64,000 bases of DNA from an uncultured Gammaproteobacteria bacterium. GTDB taxonomy: Bacteria > Patescibacteriota > Microgenomatia > JALYQM01. The notes beneath the pieces were generated by a model. It was given only the letters and a program-made list of their open reading frames with translations. It did no database searches and was not told the DNA's origin. The stretch spans positions 10,863 to 74,862 of the forward strand of contig CAZGHS010000001.1 in NCBI GenBank assembly GCA_964525495.1, read 5' to 3'. Below are positions 8,289 through 16,398 of the stretch, piece after piece. Both the position numbers and the translations under genes were made by a program. How positions within the stretch are numbered: the first letter of the stretch is position 1; the number at the start of each line of letters is the position of its first letter.

Positions 8289-8711
8289 TTACTGGCAATC
8301 ATGACAAAGTCCGTAGAACTCGAGCATATGCTCTTTGACCTGAAATTTATTATTCCGCTTAATCTGTGACTCGATATCACTCAAATTCTCTTCCAGCACA
8401 ACATCCTCGATCTTCTGACAACTCTGACACACGAGATGATGATGATGCTCAAGATGAGCTAGTTCATACCGCTTCTTCTCCTCACCCAGATCAATCTCAG
8501 CAACAATCCCTTGTTCCATCAAAAAATATAGTTCACGATAAACGGTAGTCTTATTTGGCTCCAAATCCTTTTTTCGAAACGACTCCAGTATCTCCTGTAC
8601 AGCCAAAGGCTGACTGGACGCAAAAAAAACTTCGAGCAGGCCCACCCGATATCTAGTCGACTTAACACCCTGTTCCTTCAGATAATTCATCGCTTCTAAA
8701 GCTGTTTTCAT
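8289..8711 (-). CDS. Fur/Zur family metal-responsive repressor
   Basis: TVYREL, HHHHLVCQSC, LEFYGLCHDC. Confidence 0.9.
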   Translation of the reverse strand: MKTALEAMNYLKEQGVKSTRYRVGLLEVFFASSQPLAVQEILESFRKKDLEPNKTTVYRELYFLMEQGIVAEIDLGEEKKRYELAHLEHHHHLVCQSCQKIEDVVLEENLSDIESQIKRNNKFQVKEHMLEFYGLCHDCQ

Positions 8712-8762
8712 ACTCTCATTTTAACATAATCGGCATAGCAGATAGCCAATTGGAGGTCAGGA

Positions 8763-9482
8763 ATGTATGCTAATAATATGATTGCTCGGTTAAATCCATT
8801 AATCGCACTACTCTTTCTACTACCAGCTTTAGTGCTAGGAAACGCCGCATTCGGAGCGTATCAAGAAGCAAGCCAAAAAGTAATACAGGACCAAGGGTCA
8901 TCTTACCGCATTTTTAACGGAGTTACGTTCAAGACGTTTGACAAAAAAATACTCGAAGAGCCTGCGTCGGCTAATCCTAATTCATTCCTAATCCCATTTC
9001 ATCAAACTATAAGAAATGACTACGAGAGCAGCCTAGAATTAGGAAAATACTACCAAGGCACTCAGACCAATCTCACAATTTTTTACGGTGTTCTCGCCCT
9101 AATAGCAATCTTACCCGCTATTGCTACATATGTACTTAATATAGTTAAACTAGAAGGGAATATACTTACTATCAAAACTTTTTTGCCAAGTAGGTACAGG
9201 TCATCGATACAGTCTTCACCAAACCTGTCACTAGATATTTTTTCAATCAGCGAGATAAAGGTTATTCGTACAACACCATTCACAGATCCCATCAGTAGTA
9301 TTGAAAAAACAAACTGGAGAGATCTTCTGGAACTCAGTACGAACATGCACCAAAAAGCGTATATTAACCTCTTTTTAATTCCCGGAGCTAAACATATTAT
9401 TCACACTATCCTTACCAAACGTTCAGAAATCCCACTAACATTCTCTAAGAACTCCTTGAGAGATAACCTAAAAAACATATAA
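8763..9482 (+). CDS. hypothetical membrane protein
   Basis: Two TM segments and a soluble C-terminal domain. Confidence 0.6.
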   Translation: MYANNMIARLNPLIALLFLLPALVLGNAAFGAYQEASQKVIQDQGSSYRIFNGVTFKTFDKKILEEPASANPNSFLIPFHQTIRNDYESSLELGKYYQGTQTNLTIFYGVLALIAILPAIATYVLNIVKLEGNILTIKTFLPSRYRSSIQSSPNLSLDIFSISEIKVIRTTPFTDPISSIEKTNWRDLLELSTNMHQKAYINLFLIPGAKHIIHTILTKRSEIPLTFSKNSLRDNLKNI

Positions 9483-9603
9483 AAACAAAATCGGCACCGA
9501 AGAATAGTTGTATGAATCACTTCAAGACCTTAGCGTCATTACTATAGGCATGATACCACAAGAATCTCAACACAATCTTAGACTGGAAATATAGCCTATA
9601 ATA

Positions 9604-9772
9604 TGATATAATATGCCGAATAATTTGTACTTAAGTATGAACTATTTACGCTTACGAATTATGCACCTTAAAACCATGCAAAAAGCAAAATTATACCTAG
9701 AGGGTAGCATTTAGGGCATTTTTAATGCCTTAGATGTTACCCTTTAACCGCTACAAGTAAGTGAGGTCTTTC
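9604..9772 (+). promoter_or_regulatory. leader C: promoter + hairpin + boxA-like motif + 5' arm + long hairpin
   Basis: TGA-TATAAT 9604-9612; hairpin 9620-9662; TGCACCTTAAAA 9662-9673; arm 9671-9694; 19-bp hairpin 9701-9743 whose three non-WC pairs are all G-U on this strand; SD GAGGT. Confidence 0.65.
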
Positions 9773-10021
9773 ATGGCCATTAAACCGATAGCTGTACTTC
9801 CAGCCGGCTCTACCCTCTTCTCCAGGAATCGATTTGTTCAACAATGGCCGCGGGATATACCCACACAGGCAACAATAATAGCAGTATCTCAAGTTGCCAA
9901 TGTGAAATTCCGATGTGATAACGAAAGCGACTTACTCGACATTTGTAACGTTATTTTAAGAGCTGGTGTCAGAGAAATGCTGTGGTACTACTACATCGCT
10001 CCACGAGCAATAACAGCATAG
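9773..10021 (+). CDS. small hypothetical protein (82 aa)
   Basis: ATG at 9773 after SD GAGGT; MAIKPIAVLPAG...; no recognised family. Confidence 0.6.
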   Translation: MAIKPIAVLPAGSTLFSRNRFVQQWPRDIPTQATIIAVSQVANVKFRCDNESDLLDICNVILRAGVREMLWYYYIAPRAITA

Positions 10022-10025
10022 CAAA

Positions 10026-10102
10026 ATAATTTTGTTTACCATGGTTTCCATCGAAGAGAAGTATGCGATATCACACATCCCATACCAAACATACTTCTCT
10101 TC
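10026..10102 (+). other. 3' arm and trailer hairpin of unit C
   Basis: ATAATTTTGTTT 10026-10037 and CATGGTTT 10040-10047 pair with 9671-9694; 13-bp stem 10053-10065/10090-10102. Confidence 0.6.
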
Positions 10103-10104
10103 CC

Positions 10105-11199
10105 CTAGTCACAATATTTATAAAGTACAGGAACTGTACATCCCATCCCCTTACATACTTCATCAGAATATTTTTTATTAAGTTCAGCATAAACTTTACA
10201 CATATCATCACCTTTATTACGATACAAACACTCAATAACTGGTTGCACGTTAGGACAACTACCACATCCTCCGTGCTGAAACCCTGTCATACTACATGAC
10301 ACAGGCATAGCAGTGGGTTTAGGAGTCGGAGTAGCAATAACTGGTTGATATACATCTACTACCTCATCATCCTTCAGTGTACTTGGATATTTCCTTAAAT
10401 AAGCAGTAAAGATTCGACTCATATCTGTTTTTACTTTATTCCCACTAACATAAACAACATAATTTCCACTTACCCATACATACCGATCTCCAAACTGACC
10501 TTCCTTAACCACATATACTATATCTTTACCAATTTTTGTTTTCTTGGCTGGATCATTAAATAGATTAAGTAAACTCATCATCTCTTTTATTGTTTTATCT
10601 CTGTCTGGACGCTCCTTTACCTGAACACTAGCTATTGGAGATCCTGAATCAAGAAGAGAGTAGCCAACAGAATAGTCCATTCCTCCTAAATATGCAGGGT
10701 ATGCATAAAAACTATCAATTTGCAAATTAAATCCATACAATATGAATATCTGTTCAACACTTTTACCGCTATTCTGCTTAAACTCCATATTAAAGGCACT
10801 AATTAACTTAAACTGATTTATAGCAAATGCAATGAAGGACTGAATCATGGGCACAAAACAAATTATTAAAATAACAATCAAGAATTTCTTTAATTTCTGA
10901 GGATCAAAGCGCCGCATAAACGAAAAAATAATGCAGGCATAAACATACAGCAAGGCAGTATTCCCAATAACACCTGCAGTTTCGTTAATCCTACCAACTG
11001 AGATGTAAACAGGTAAAAAAATAAATGTGAATATATTTGCTAAAGTTATGAAAATACTACTAGAACATCCTAAACTGAGTGCACAACTAAACATCATTCC
11101 TAGTGAAAAAATGTTCACATAGTTAGCCAAAATACATAAAATTATGAAAATAAGTATTGTAAAAAACGTGGGTTTAAAGAATGAAACAAGCCTATTCAT
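10105..11199 (-). CDS. hypothetical membrane protein with Pro/Thr linker and Cys-rich C-terminal domain
   Basis: About four N-terminal TMs, TPTPKPT linker, many Cys in the tail. Confidence 0.7.
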   Translation of the reverse strand: MNRLVSFFKPTFFTILIFIILCILANYVNIFSLGMMFSCALSLGCSSSIFITLANIFTFIFLPVYISVGRINETAGVIGNTALLYVYACIIFSFMRRFDPQKLKKFLIVILIICFVPMIQSFIAFAINQFKLISAFNMEFKQNSGKSVEQIFILYGFNLQIDSFYAYPAYLGGMDYSVGYSLLDSGSPIASVQVKERPDRDKTIKEMMSLLNLFNDPAKKTKIGKDIVYVVKEGQFGDRYVWVSGNYVVYVSGNKVKTDMSRIFTAYLRKYPSTLKDDEVVDVYQPVIATPTPKPTAMPVSCSMTGFQHGGCGSCPNVQPVIECLYRNKGDDMCKVYAELNKKYSDEVCKGMGCTVPVLYKYCD

Positions 11200-11261
11200 A
11201 CAACTTATATTCAGTATGAAGACTATTTTAAAAAATTACCAGATCGAAAAACGCTTATAAT

Positions 11262-11271
11262 CTGTGGGCAA
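11262..11271 (+). repeat. att core direct repeat (distal copy)
   Basis: CTGTGGGCAA, identical to 16269-16278. Confidence 0.7.
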
Positions 11272-11489
11272 TGTTGTCTCAAAATGGAACACAATCTCCC
11301 CTTTTCTACTTAGATTACACACTACTTTTCAAAGACAAAATATCGCTCTACCTTCCGTAACATACGCTGGATAGCAAAGATTCTATCTATACCAATAATA
11401 AATTGGAACACAATAAAGTGTTACTTGCCATACCAAAGCACTTTGATAAGATAGTGGTAATAATCATTAAAGCTGCTGAGGAGCTTATT

Positions 11490-11897
11490 ATGTCTGAACA
11501 AGGTGAAGCACCACAACCAATTCTCGAAGAAGTAAAAATAGATCAATCATCTCATCCAAATAGTTTATTGGTTGATGTAAAAGGCGAACAAGCCCAAGTA
11601 GAGGATTTTATCAAGCAAACTTTATACAAAATTAGAGCGCGCGAGATACCTCCCACTAACGATACGGAATCTACAAATCTGCGACTTGATATCGATGACT
11701 TATTTGAGCAACAACGAGAAGATATCGACAAATATTTCAAAGGAGGGCAACCTTACAATCCCTACATCGGTACAAATTGGGAAATACGTGCATATGTACG
11801 AAGAGAGCGTCAACAGCCTGGAATTTATCACCTTAATTTCTACGATAATGCCAGTATGCAGCGAGTAAAATCTGACGGTCTTGAAATAGCGGAATAA
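11490..11897 (+). CDS. hypothetical protein
   Basis: Likely start MSEQGE at 11490 after SD GAGGAG. Confidence 0.65.
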   Translation: MSEQGEAPQPILEEVKIDQSSHPNSLLVDVKGEQAQVEDFIKQTLYKIRAREIPPTNDTESTNLRLDIDDLFEQQREDIDKYFKGGQPYNPYIGTNWEIRAYVRRERQQPGIYHLNFYDNASMQRVKSDGLEIAE

Positions 11898-11950
11898 CCA
11901 ACTTTATTTCAAGCATATTATTCTCGCAAATAGTCTGTTAAAATCCAGCC

Positions 11951-13057
11951 ATGAGCTGGGACTTACCAATACCACCAGAAAGCAAGTATGCCTATTCTGA
12001 ACCAATTACAATTCGAGATGGCTCGTGGGGACATTTATGCGTTAAGGTAGGATACGTAAAACAACATCCAGAGAAACGGGTAATTCGATTAGAAAAAAGA
12101 TGGAAAGCAGACGGCGGTATTTATAAAGAAGAAAAATTTAATATTAAAGATGGTGACGACTGGATACAAATTAGACAAGCAGTGGAAAGGTTATGGCCTG
12201 AATTAGAATCGGCCCCTACTGCAACAGAGATTGACCAAGCTATTCATAAAGTAAGTAAAGAAACACAGTTACTTGAACTTCTTTCAAAATATCCTGAAAT
12301 ACTTAGCCAAATACCTCAAAACGCAGATATCTTATCAATGCCCGAAGAACATAAAGAAGCATTAAAACGACTACTTACAGCAGGTGGACAAATCGCTAAT
12401 GCAGTTATTAGCAAATTAGCAGAACAACCGATAGATGACATTGCTCAATTCGTAAAGCTACTTGAAGAGTTAAAACTCTCTACTATAAATTCTCTCGTCA
12501 CACACGTTACTTCCAGAACCAAATTCATTGAGATGTTTGAGAAAGCCATACATAACGAAGAATCTTATGAACGTAGAGGGCATAATTCCATCCATAATCT
12601 GTTAAAGGTAAATATGTGGCTGGTTAATCATAATTACGCTATCCTTCATGATGACGAAACATTAAGAAATATCATTCATTCCCAATGGGACAAAATTGCA
12701 GATGAAGAAGATTTAGACACGAGGCCAGATTTTTTATGCATGGTTGATCCATTCGCAAAAGAAAACGGTATCAAGAAACTGGTTATTATTGAAATAAAGC
12801 GGCCTACAGTAAAAATAAAACTAAAGCATATAGACCAAGTTATGGGATATAGGACTATCCTACATAATCATTCTGGGAAACCAATCACTGACTTTTCTTG
12901 TTATATTGTAGGTAAGGAAATCGATTCAAAATTGCAGCTTAATGATATGTCCAATTCTGGCTTCATTGTTAAAACGTATACTGATTTCATAAGTGAAGCA
13001 CGACATTTTTATCGAGAATACATCAAGATTATTGAATCTGAATCTTATGCTTTCTGA
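11951..13057 (+). CDS. PD-(D/E)xK nuclease with a small N-terminal beta domain; Shedu-like candidate defence protein
   Basis: IHNLL..NMWL, RPDFL, IIEIKRP, IDQV.GY in the C-terminal half. Confidence 0.6.
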   Translation: MSWDLPIPPESKYAYSEPITIRDGSWGHLCVKVGYVKQHPEKRVIRLEKRWKADGGIYKEEKFNIKDGDDWIQIRQAVERLWPELESAPTATEIDQAIHKVSKETQLLELLSKYPEILSQIPQNADILSMPEEHKEALKRLLTAGGQIANAVISKLAEQPIDDIAQFVKLLEELKLSTINSLVTHVTSRTKFIEMFEKAIHNEESYERRGHNSIHNLLKVNMWLVNHNYAILHDDETLRNIIHSQWDKIADEEDLDTRPDFLCMVDPFAKENGIKKLVIIEIKRPTVKIKLKHIDQVMGYRTILHNHSGKPITDFSCYIVGKEIDSKLQLNDMSNSGFIVKTYTDFISEARHFYREYIKIIESESYAF

Positions 13058-13589
13058 CGAAACAAAGACTACTCAATACCAAACAAATCCAACCGAGAAA
13101 CAAATCAAGACGACAAATAATATACTTGCAGGAGAACAAAGCGTTGGGCAAGCCATGAGAAACGCAGGATATTCTACGACATCTTCATTGAACCCAGGTA
13201 AGAATTTCATGGAAGCTAAGGGAACAAAAACTTACTTATCCCGTCTTGATCTAAAATCAAGAATTAAATTCAATATGTGTACTGTAGATCGCGCATTAGA
13301 AGTATTCATGGAGGCTTTAGAGGCGAAAAAGTACATACCGTTTCGTGTTGTTAATGAAGGCAACAAAGTAATTTATAAAACTCAATCAGTTCCCGATCAC
13401 GACATAAGAATACGTGCCGCTGATAAACTATTAAAGCTACATAGCGTGGAGAACCTACAACCTGAAAAAGAATCATCACACTCACAGACACTAACACAGG
13501 AAGAGATTGACGATTTTAATAAGAAATTCCTTCGATTTATAGAAAGTGGAGAATTTAGTTCTACAGTAATTAGCAAATCACAATCCTAA
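13047..13589 (+). CDS. terminase small subunit-like HTH protein
   Basis: QAMRNAGYSTTSS resembles the TerS A..AGYS motif; PDHDIRIRAADKLLKL. Confidence 0.5.
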   Translation: MLSDETKTTQYQTNPTEKQIKTTNNILAGEQSVGQAMRNAGYSTTSSLNPGKNFMEAKGTKTYLSRLDLKSRIKFNMCTVDRALEVFMEALEAKKYIPFRVVNEGNKVIYKTQSVPDHDIRIRAADKLLKLHSVENLQPEKESSHSQTLTQEEIDDFNKKFLRFIESGEFSSTVISKSQS

Positions 13590-13612
13590 TTCAACAATGA
13601 TAAAATCCCTGT

Positions 13613-14350
13613 ATGCTGGGAGTTGAAGTACCTAATGGTATTGAAGAATGGACTTATGATAAAGTAAAATACTTTCTTCTTTTTCATACCGCAGGTACAC
13701 ACCTGTTGGTTAAGAATCTTCGAGAGAAATATAAATATAACTCTAAAAAAAGAACAATTTTTGAGCGAAAATTGCGTTCATCAATTCATAATCAAAACTT
13801 AGAAAGAGAATTGGAAGACGTAGTAAATGAACTGGGAATTGGCCGTGCTTTTGTTGATTATTCGCTATTAAATGACACGATTGACGAAGAGTTTCTTGAT
13901 TCCGTTTCTCTCCCCATCTTCATCGCTACTTCGGTAAGTCATTTAACAAGCGGTTTTTTTATAAAAGTAGACCAAAAAACGACACTTACCACAGTGCAGG
14001 AATCATTCAACGAGATACAAAAGTTAATGATTCACTACAACAAATTCATTCAAAAAAAGAAGAACTACTACGCTCCTGCCAAAAAGGAAGCTCCACTAAA
14101 TAATCTATCAAAGTCTGTTGAGATAGCCTTACTTATAGAGAAAGAGTTAATTCAAGGAAAATCTGTAACAGAAAGCATTGGTACAGTAGCCGACATGATC
14201 TACCCTGTAGAAAACGAAACAGAATTACAAAAAAAGACGACAGCAGAAAAAGTTCAAGAACGCTACTACGAAGTACTTCGTTATTATCACATTCCTACTC
14301 CACTGCAATTCAAAAAACTTGCGTCTAAATACGCTCCTTCACGGAAGTAA
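13613..14350 (+). CDS. hypothetical protein
   Basis: 245-aa ORF with TGA-TAAAAT 6 nt upstream of the ATG. Confidence 0.7.
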   Translation: MLGVEVPNGIEEWTYDKVKYFLLFHTAGTHLLVKNLREKYKYNSKKRTIFERKLRSSIHNQNLERELEDVVNELGIGRAFVDYSLLNDTIDEEFLDSVSLPIFIATSVSHLTSGFFIKVDQKTTLTTVQESFNEIQKLMIHYNKFIQKKKNYYAPAKKEAPLNNLSKSVEIALLIEKELIQGKSVTESIGTVADMIYPVENETELQKKTTAEKVQERYYEVLRYYHIPTPLQFKKLASKYAPSRK

Positions 14351-14378
14351 AAAAATTCCAGATAAAGCTACTCTATAC

Positions 14379-14444
14379 ATACTCTCAATGCTGGGAAGTT
14401 GAGCGTATAAGAAGACCCTTATTCCCAGCAGTAAGGGTCTTTCT
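14379..14444 (+). other. two hairpins with complementary loops (kissing-loop candidate)
   Basis: Loop TGCTGGGAA 14389-14397 is complementary to loop TTCCCAGCA 14422-14430. Confidence 0.55.
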
Positions 14445-14456
14445 ATATGAGCAACA

Positions 14457-14618
14457 ATGAGTAAGCCTAAAAGAAGAACCAGTCCAAATAAGCAAGAAGC
14501 GCCACAAAATGCAGCATTAGAAGACAAAATGCGTGCATTTGCTAATCAAATTATTGATGTGATTTTAGATGACTACAAGCAAGGAAAAATGAAATATAAT
14601 AAGCTCAAAGGAAAGTAA
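14457..14618 (+). CDS. 53-aa protein directly upstream of the recombinase (possible directionality or accessory factor)
   Basis: Hand-translated MSKPKRRTSPNKQEAPQNAALEDKMRAFANQIIDVILDDYKQGKMKYNKLKGK; stop is 2 nt before the recombinase ATG. Confidence 0.6.
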   Translation: MSKPKRRTSPNKQEAPQNAALEDKMRAFANQIIDVILDDYKQGKMKYNKLKGK

Positions 14619-14620
14619 CT

Positions 14621-16339
14621 ATGCTGGAAAAAGCCGTTGCGGCAATGCGTGTCTCATCAACAAAACAAGGTCAAACAGGAGATAGCCCAGAAAGACAAAA
14701 GGAGCGCATCCTACACTACTCGCGCAAACATGGATATGAAATAGCGAAATTCTTTGAATTGTGGGAATCAGCATCAGGAGAGAATCAACCATTACAAAAA
14801 GTAATTGATTATTGTAAGAATCCTGACAATAAAATTAAAGCGATCTTAATTAACTCCATAGACCGATTTACACGCGGCGGATCATTCTTATATGACTCTT
14901 TGCGTTCACAGCTCACAAAATATGGGATAAAGTTAGTTGATACATACGATGTGATCGGGAATGAAAAAGTAAACACTTTAGAGCAATGGGGTGTAAGTTA
15001 TCCAAAATGGTCAGAATTTAGCCCTTCGAGAAAAAATGAAATACTTGCTGCCGAAGATGCAAAAGATGAAATGCGAACTATGCTCACTCGAATGATTGGA
15101 GCTGAAATAGATTATGTAAGGAAAGGCTATCGAGTAAGAGCTGCCCCACCTGGATATATGAACACTAAGGCAGATACAGAGCATGGAATACGATATATTT
15201 TAACTCCTCACCCCAAAGAGTCCGAATGGTTCTACAAAATATTTGAGCTTCGTGCTATGGGTAATTTCTCCGATGATGAAATCGTAGACGAAGTAAACGC
15301 ATTAGGGTTTAGAACCCGCCAGCGCCGCATACGCGACCCGCAAAACAATCAAAGAATCATTGGATACACGGAAGGCAAACCCCTAACAGTCAAAGACCTA
15401 AAACGATACATCCAAATGCCAATCTACTGTGGCGTTAATAATGAGAAATGGCTTTTAGGAGTGCCTGTTAAAGGTAAATTCCCTGGCATCGTATCAATAG
15501 ATATGTGGAATCAAGCAAATCGGGGGAAGTTTACGATTATAGAAGAAGGCGACAATGTTCAATTATATAAAGGTACGCCGCCTGAATGGCAATTAACAAA
15601 ACAAAAAGATAATCCTATTTTTCCTTATAAAAAATATGTTCTCTGTCCTATTTGCAGAAAACCGCTTCTTGGAAGTTCATCCTCAGGAAGACTAAAAAAA
15701 GGATATGGTGGATATCACTGTAGTCGTGGACACAAATACTTTAGAATACCCTTAAAGACATTCAACAAAACAATCGAAACCTTTGTACAGAAATTACATT
15801 TCAGTAAAACCTTCTCCAAAAGATTTCAAGAAATACTTCTCGAAGAGTGGCATAAGCGTAAACTACAAGTTGGAAACGACAGCATTAAGTTAGAAGAACG
15901 AGTTTTGGAGCTAAAACACACAGCTCAAAATATTACACGAAAGATTATAGACACATCATCAGATACAGTGATGAAAGCCTTAGAGGCAGAACTTGAAAAG
16001 GTAGAAAACGAAAAGGCTGCTGCGATATACATACTTAATAAAAAGGAATCGGAAGAGTTGGACATTGAAACCGTGATTGGCTATCTCAAATACTTTATGG
16101 AACACTTAGAGGATTTGGTATTAAATGACTCTAAACCCATACAACAGGCTGCCATTTTTGGACTACTTTTTGAGGAGCCACCAACCTACCAAGAACTAAA
16201 AAATGGAACACCAAGATTAAGCTGTCTATTTGAGCTAAACAAGAAGTTCAAATCTTCAAAAACTATCACTGTGGGCAACAATGGACTCGAACCATTGACC
16301 TCGGTCTTATCAGGACCGCGCTCTAACCACCTGAGCTAG
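14621..16339 (+). CDS. large serine recombinase (integrase)
   Basis: RVSSTKQ catalytic motif, DRFTR, recombinase domain, CPIC...YHC zinc ribbon and coiled coil; last 22 codons run antisense through tRNA-Ile. Confidence 0.92.
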   Translation: MLEKAVAAMRVSSTKQGQTGDSPERQKERILHYSRKHGYEIAKFFELWESASGENQPLQKVIDYCKNPDNKIKAILINSIDRFTRGGSFLYDSLRSQLTKYGIKLVDTYDVIGNEKVNTLEQWGVSYPKWSEFSPSRKNEILAAEDAKDEMRTMLTRMIGAEIDYVRKGYRVRAAPPGYMNTKADTEHGIRYILTPHPKESEWFYKIFELRAMGNFSDDEIVDEVNALGFRTRQRRIRDPQNNQRIIGYTEGKPLTVKDLKRYIQMPIYCGVNNEKWLLGVPVKGKFPGIVSIDMWNQANRGKFTIIEEGDNVQLYKGTPPEWQLTKQKDNPIFPYKKYVLCPICRKPLLGSSSSGRLKKGYGGYHCSRGHKYFRIPLKTFNKTIETFVQKLHFSKTFSKRFQEILLEEWHKRKLQVGNDSIKLEERVLELKHTAQNITRKIIDTSSDTVMKALEAELEKVENEKAAAIYILNKKESEELDIETVIGYLKYFMEHLEDLVLNDSKPIQQAAIFGLLFEEPPTYQELKNGTPRLSCLFELNKKFKSSKTITVGNNGLEPLTSVLSGPRSNHLS

Positions 16340-16345
16340 TCGCCC
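16272..16345 (-). tRNA. tRNA-Ile(GAT)
   Basis: GGGCGACTAGCTCAGGTGGTTAGAGCGCGGTCCTGATAAGACCGAGGTCAATGGTTCGAGTCCATTGTTGCCCA; cloverleaf with anticodon GAT; CCA not encoded. Confidence 0.95.
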
Positions 16346-16398
16346 TTAGTAAACTCGCTAGATTATAATACAATCGACCTACCCTGTCGAGATAGACC

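Larger units (their letters stand above)
11262..16278. mobile_element. ~5 kb integrative element with a large serine recombinase, inserted at the tRNA-Ile 3' end
   Basis: Direct repeat CTGTGGGCAA at 11262-11271 and 16269-16278, the latter overlapping the tRNA 3' end; recombinase adjacent; all cargo genes co-oriented. Confidence 0.75.

Noticed and set aside
11281-16211. Repeat AAAATGGAACAC at 11281 and 16200, and TGGAACACAAT at 11285 and 11404
   Set aside because: The order relative to the CTGTGGGCAA core is inconsistent with an att repeat, and the 16200 copy is coding (KNGTP). Possibly a binding site or chance; not called.
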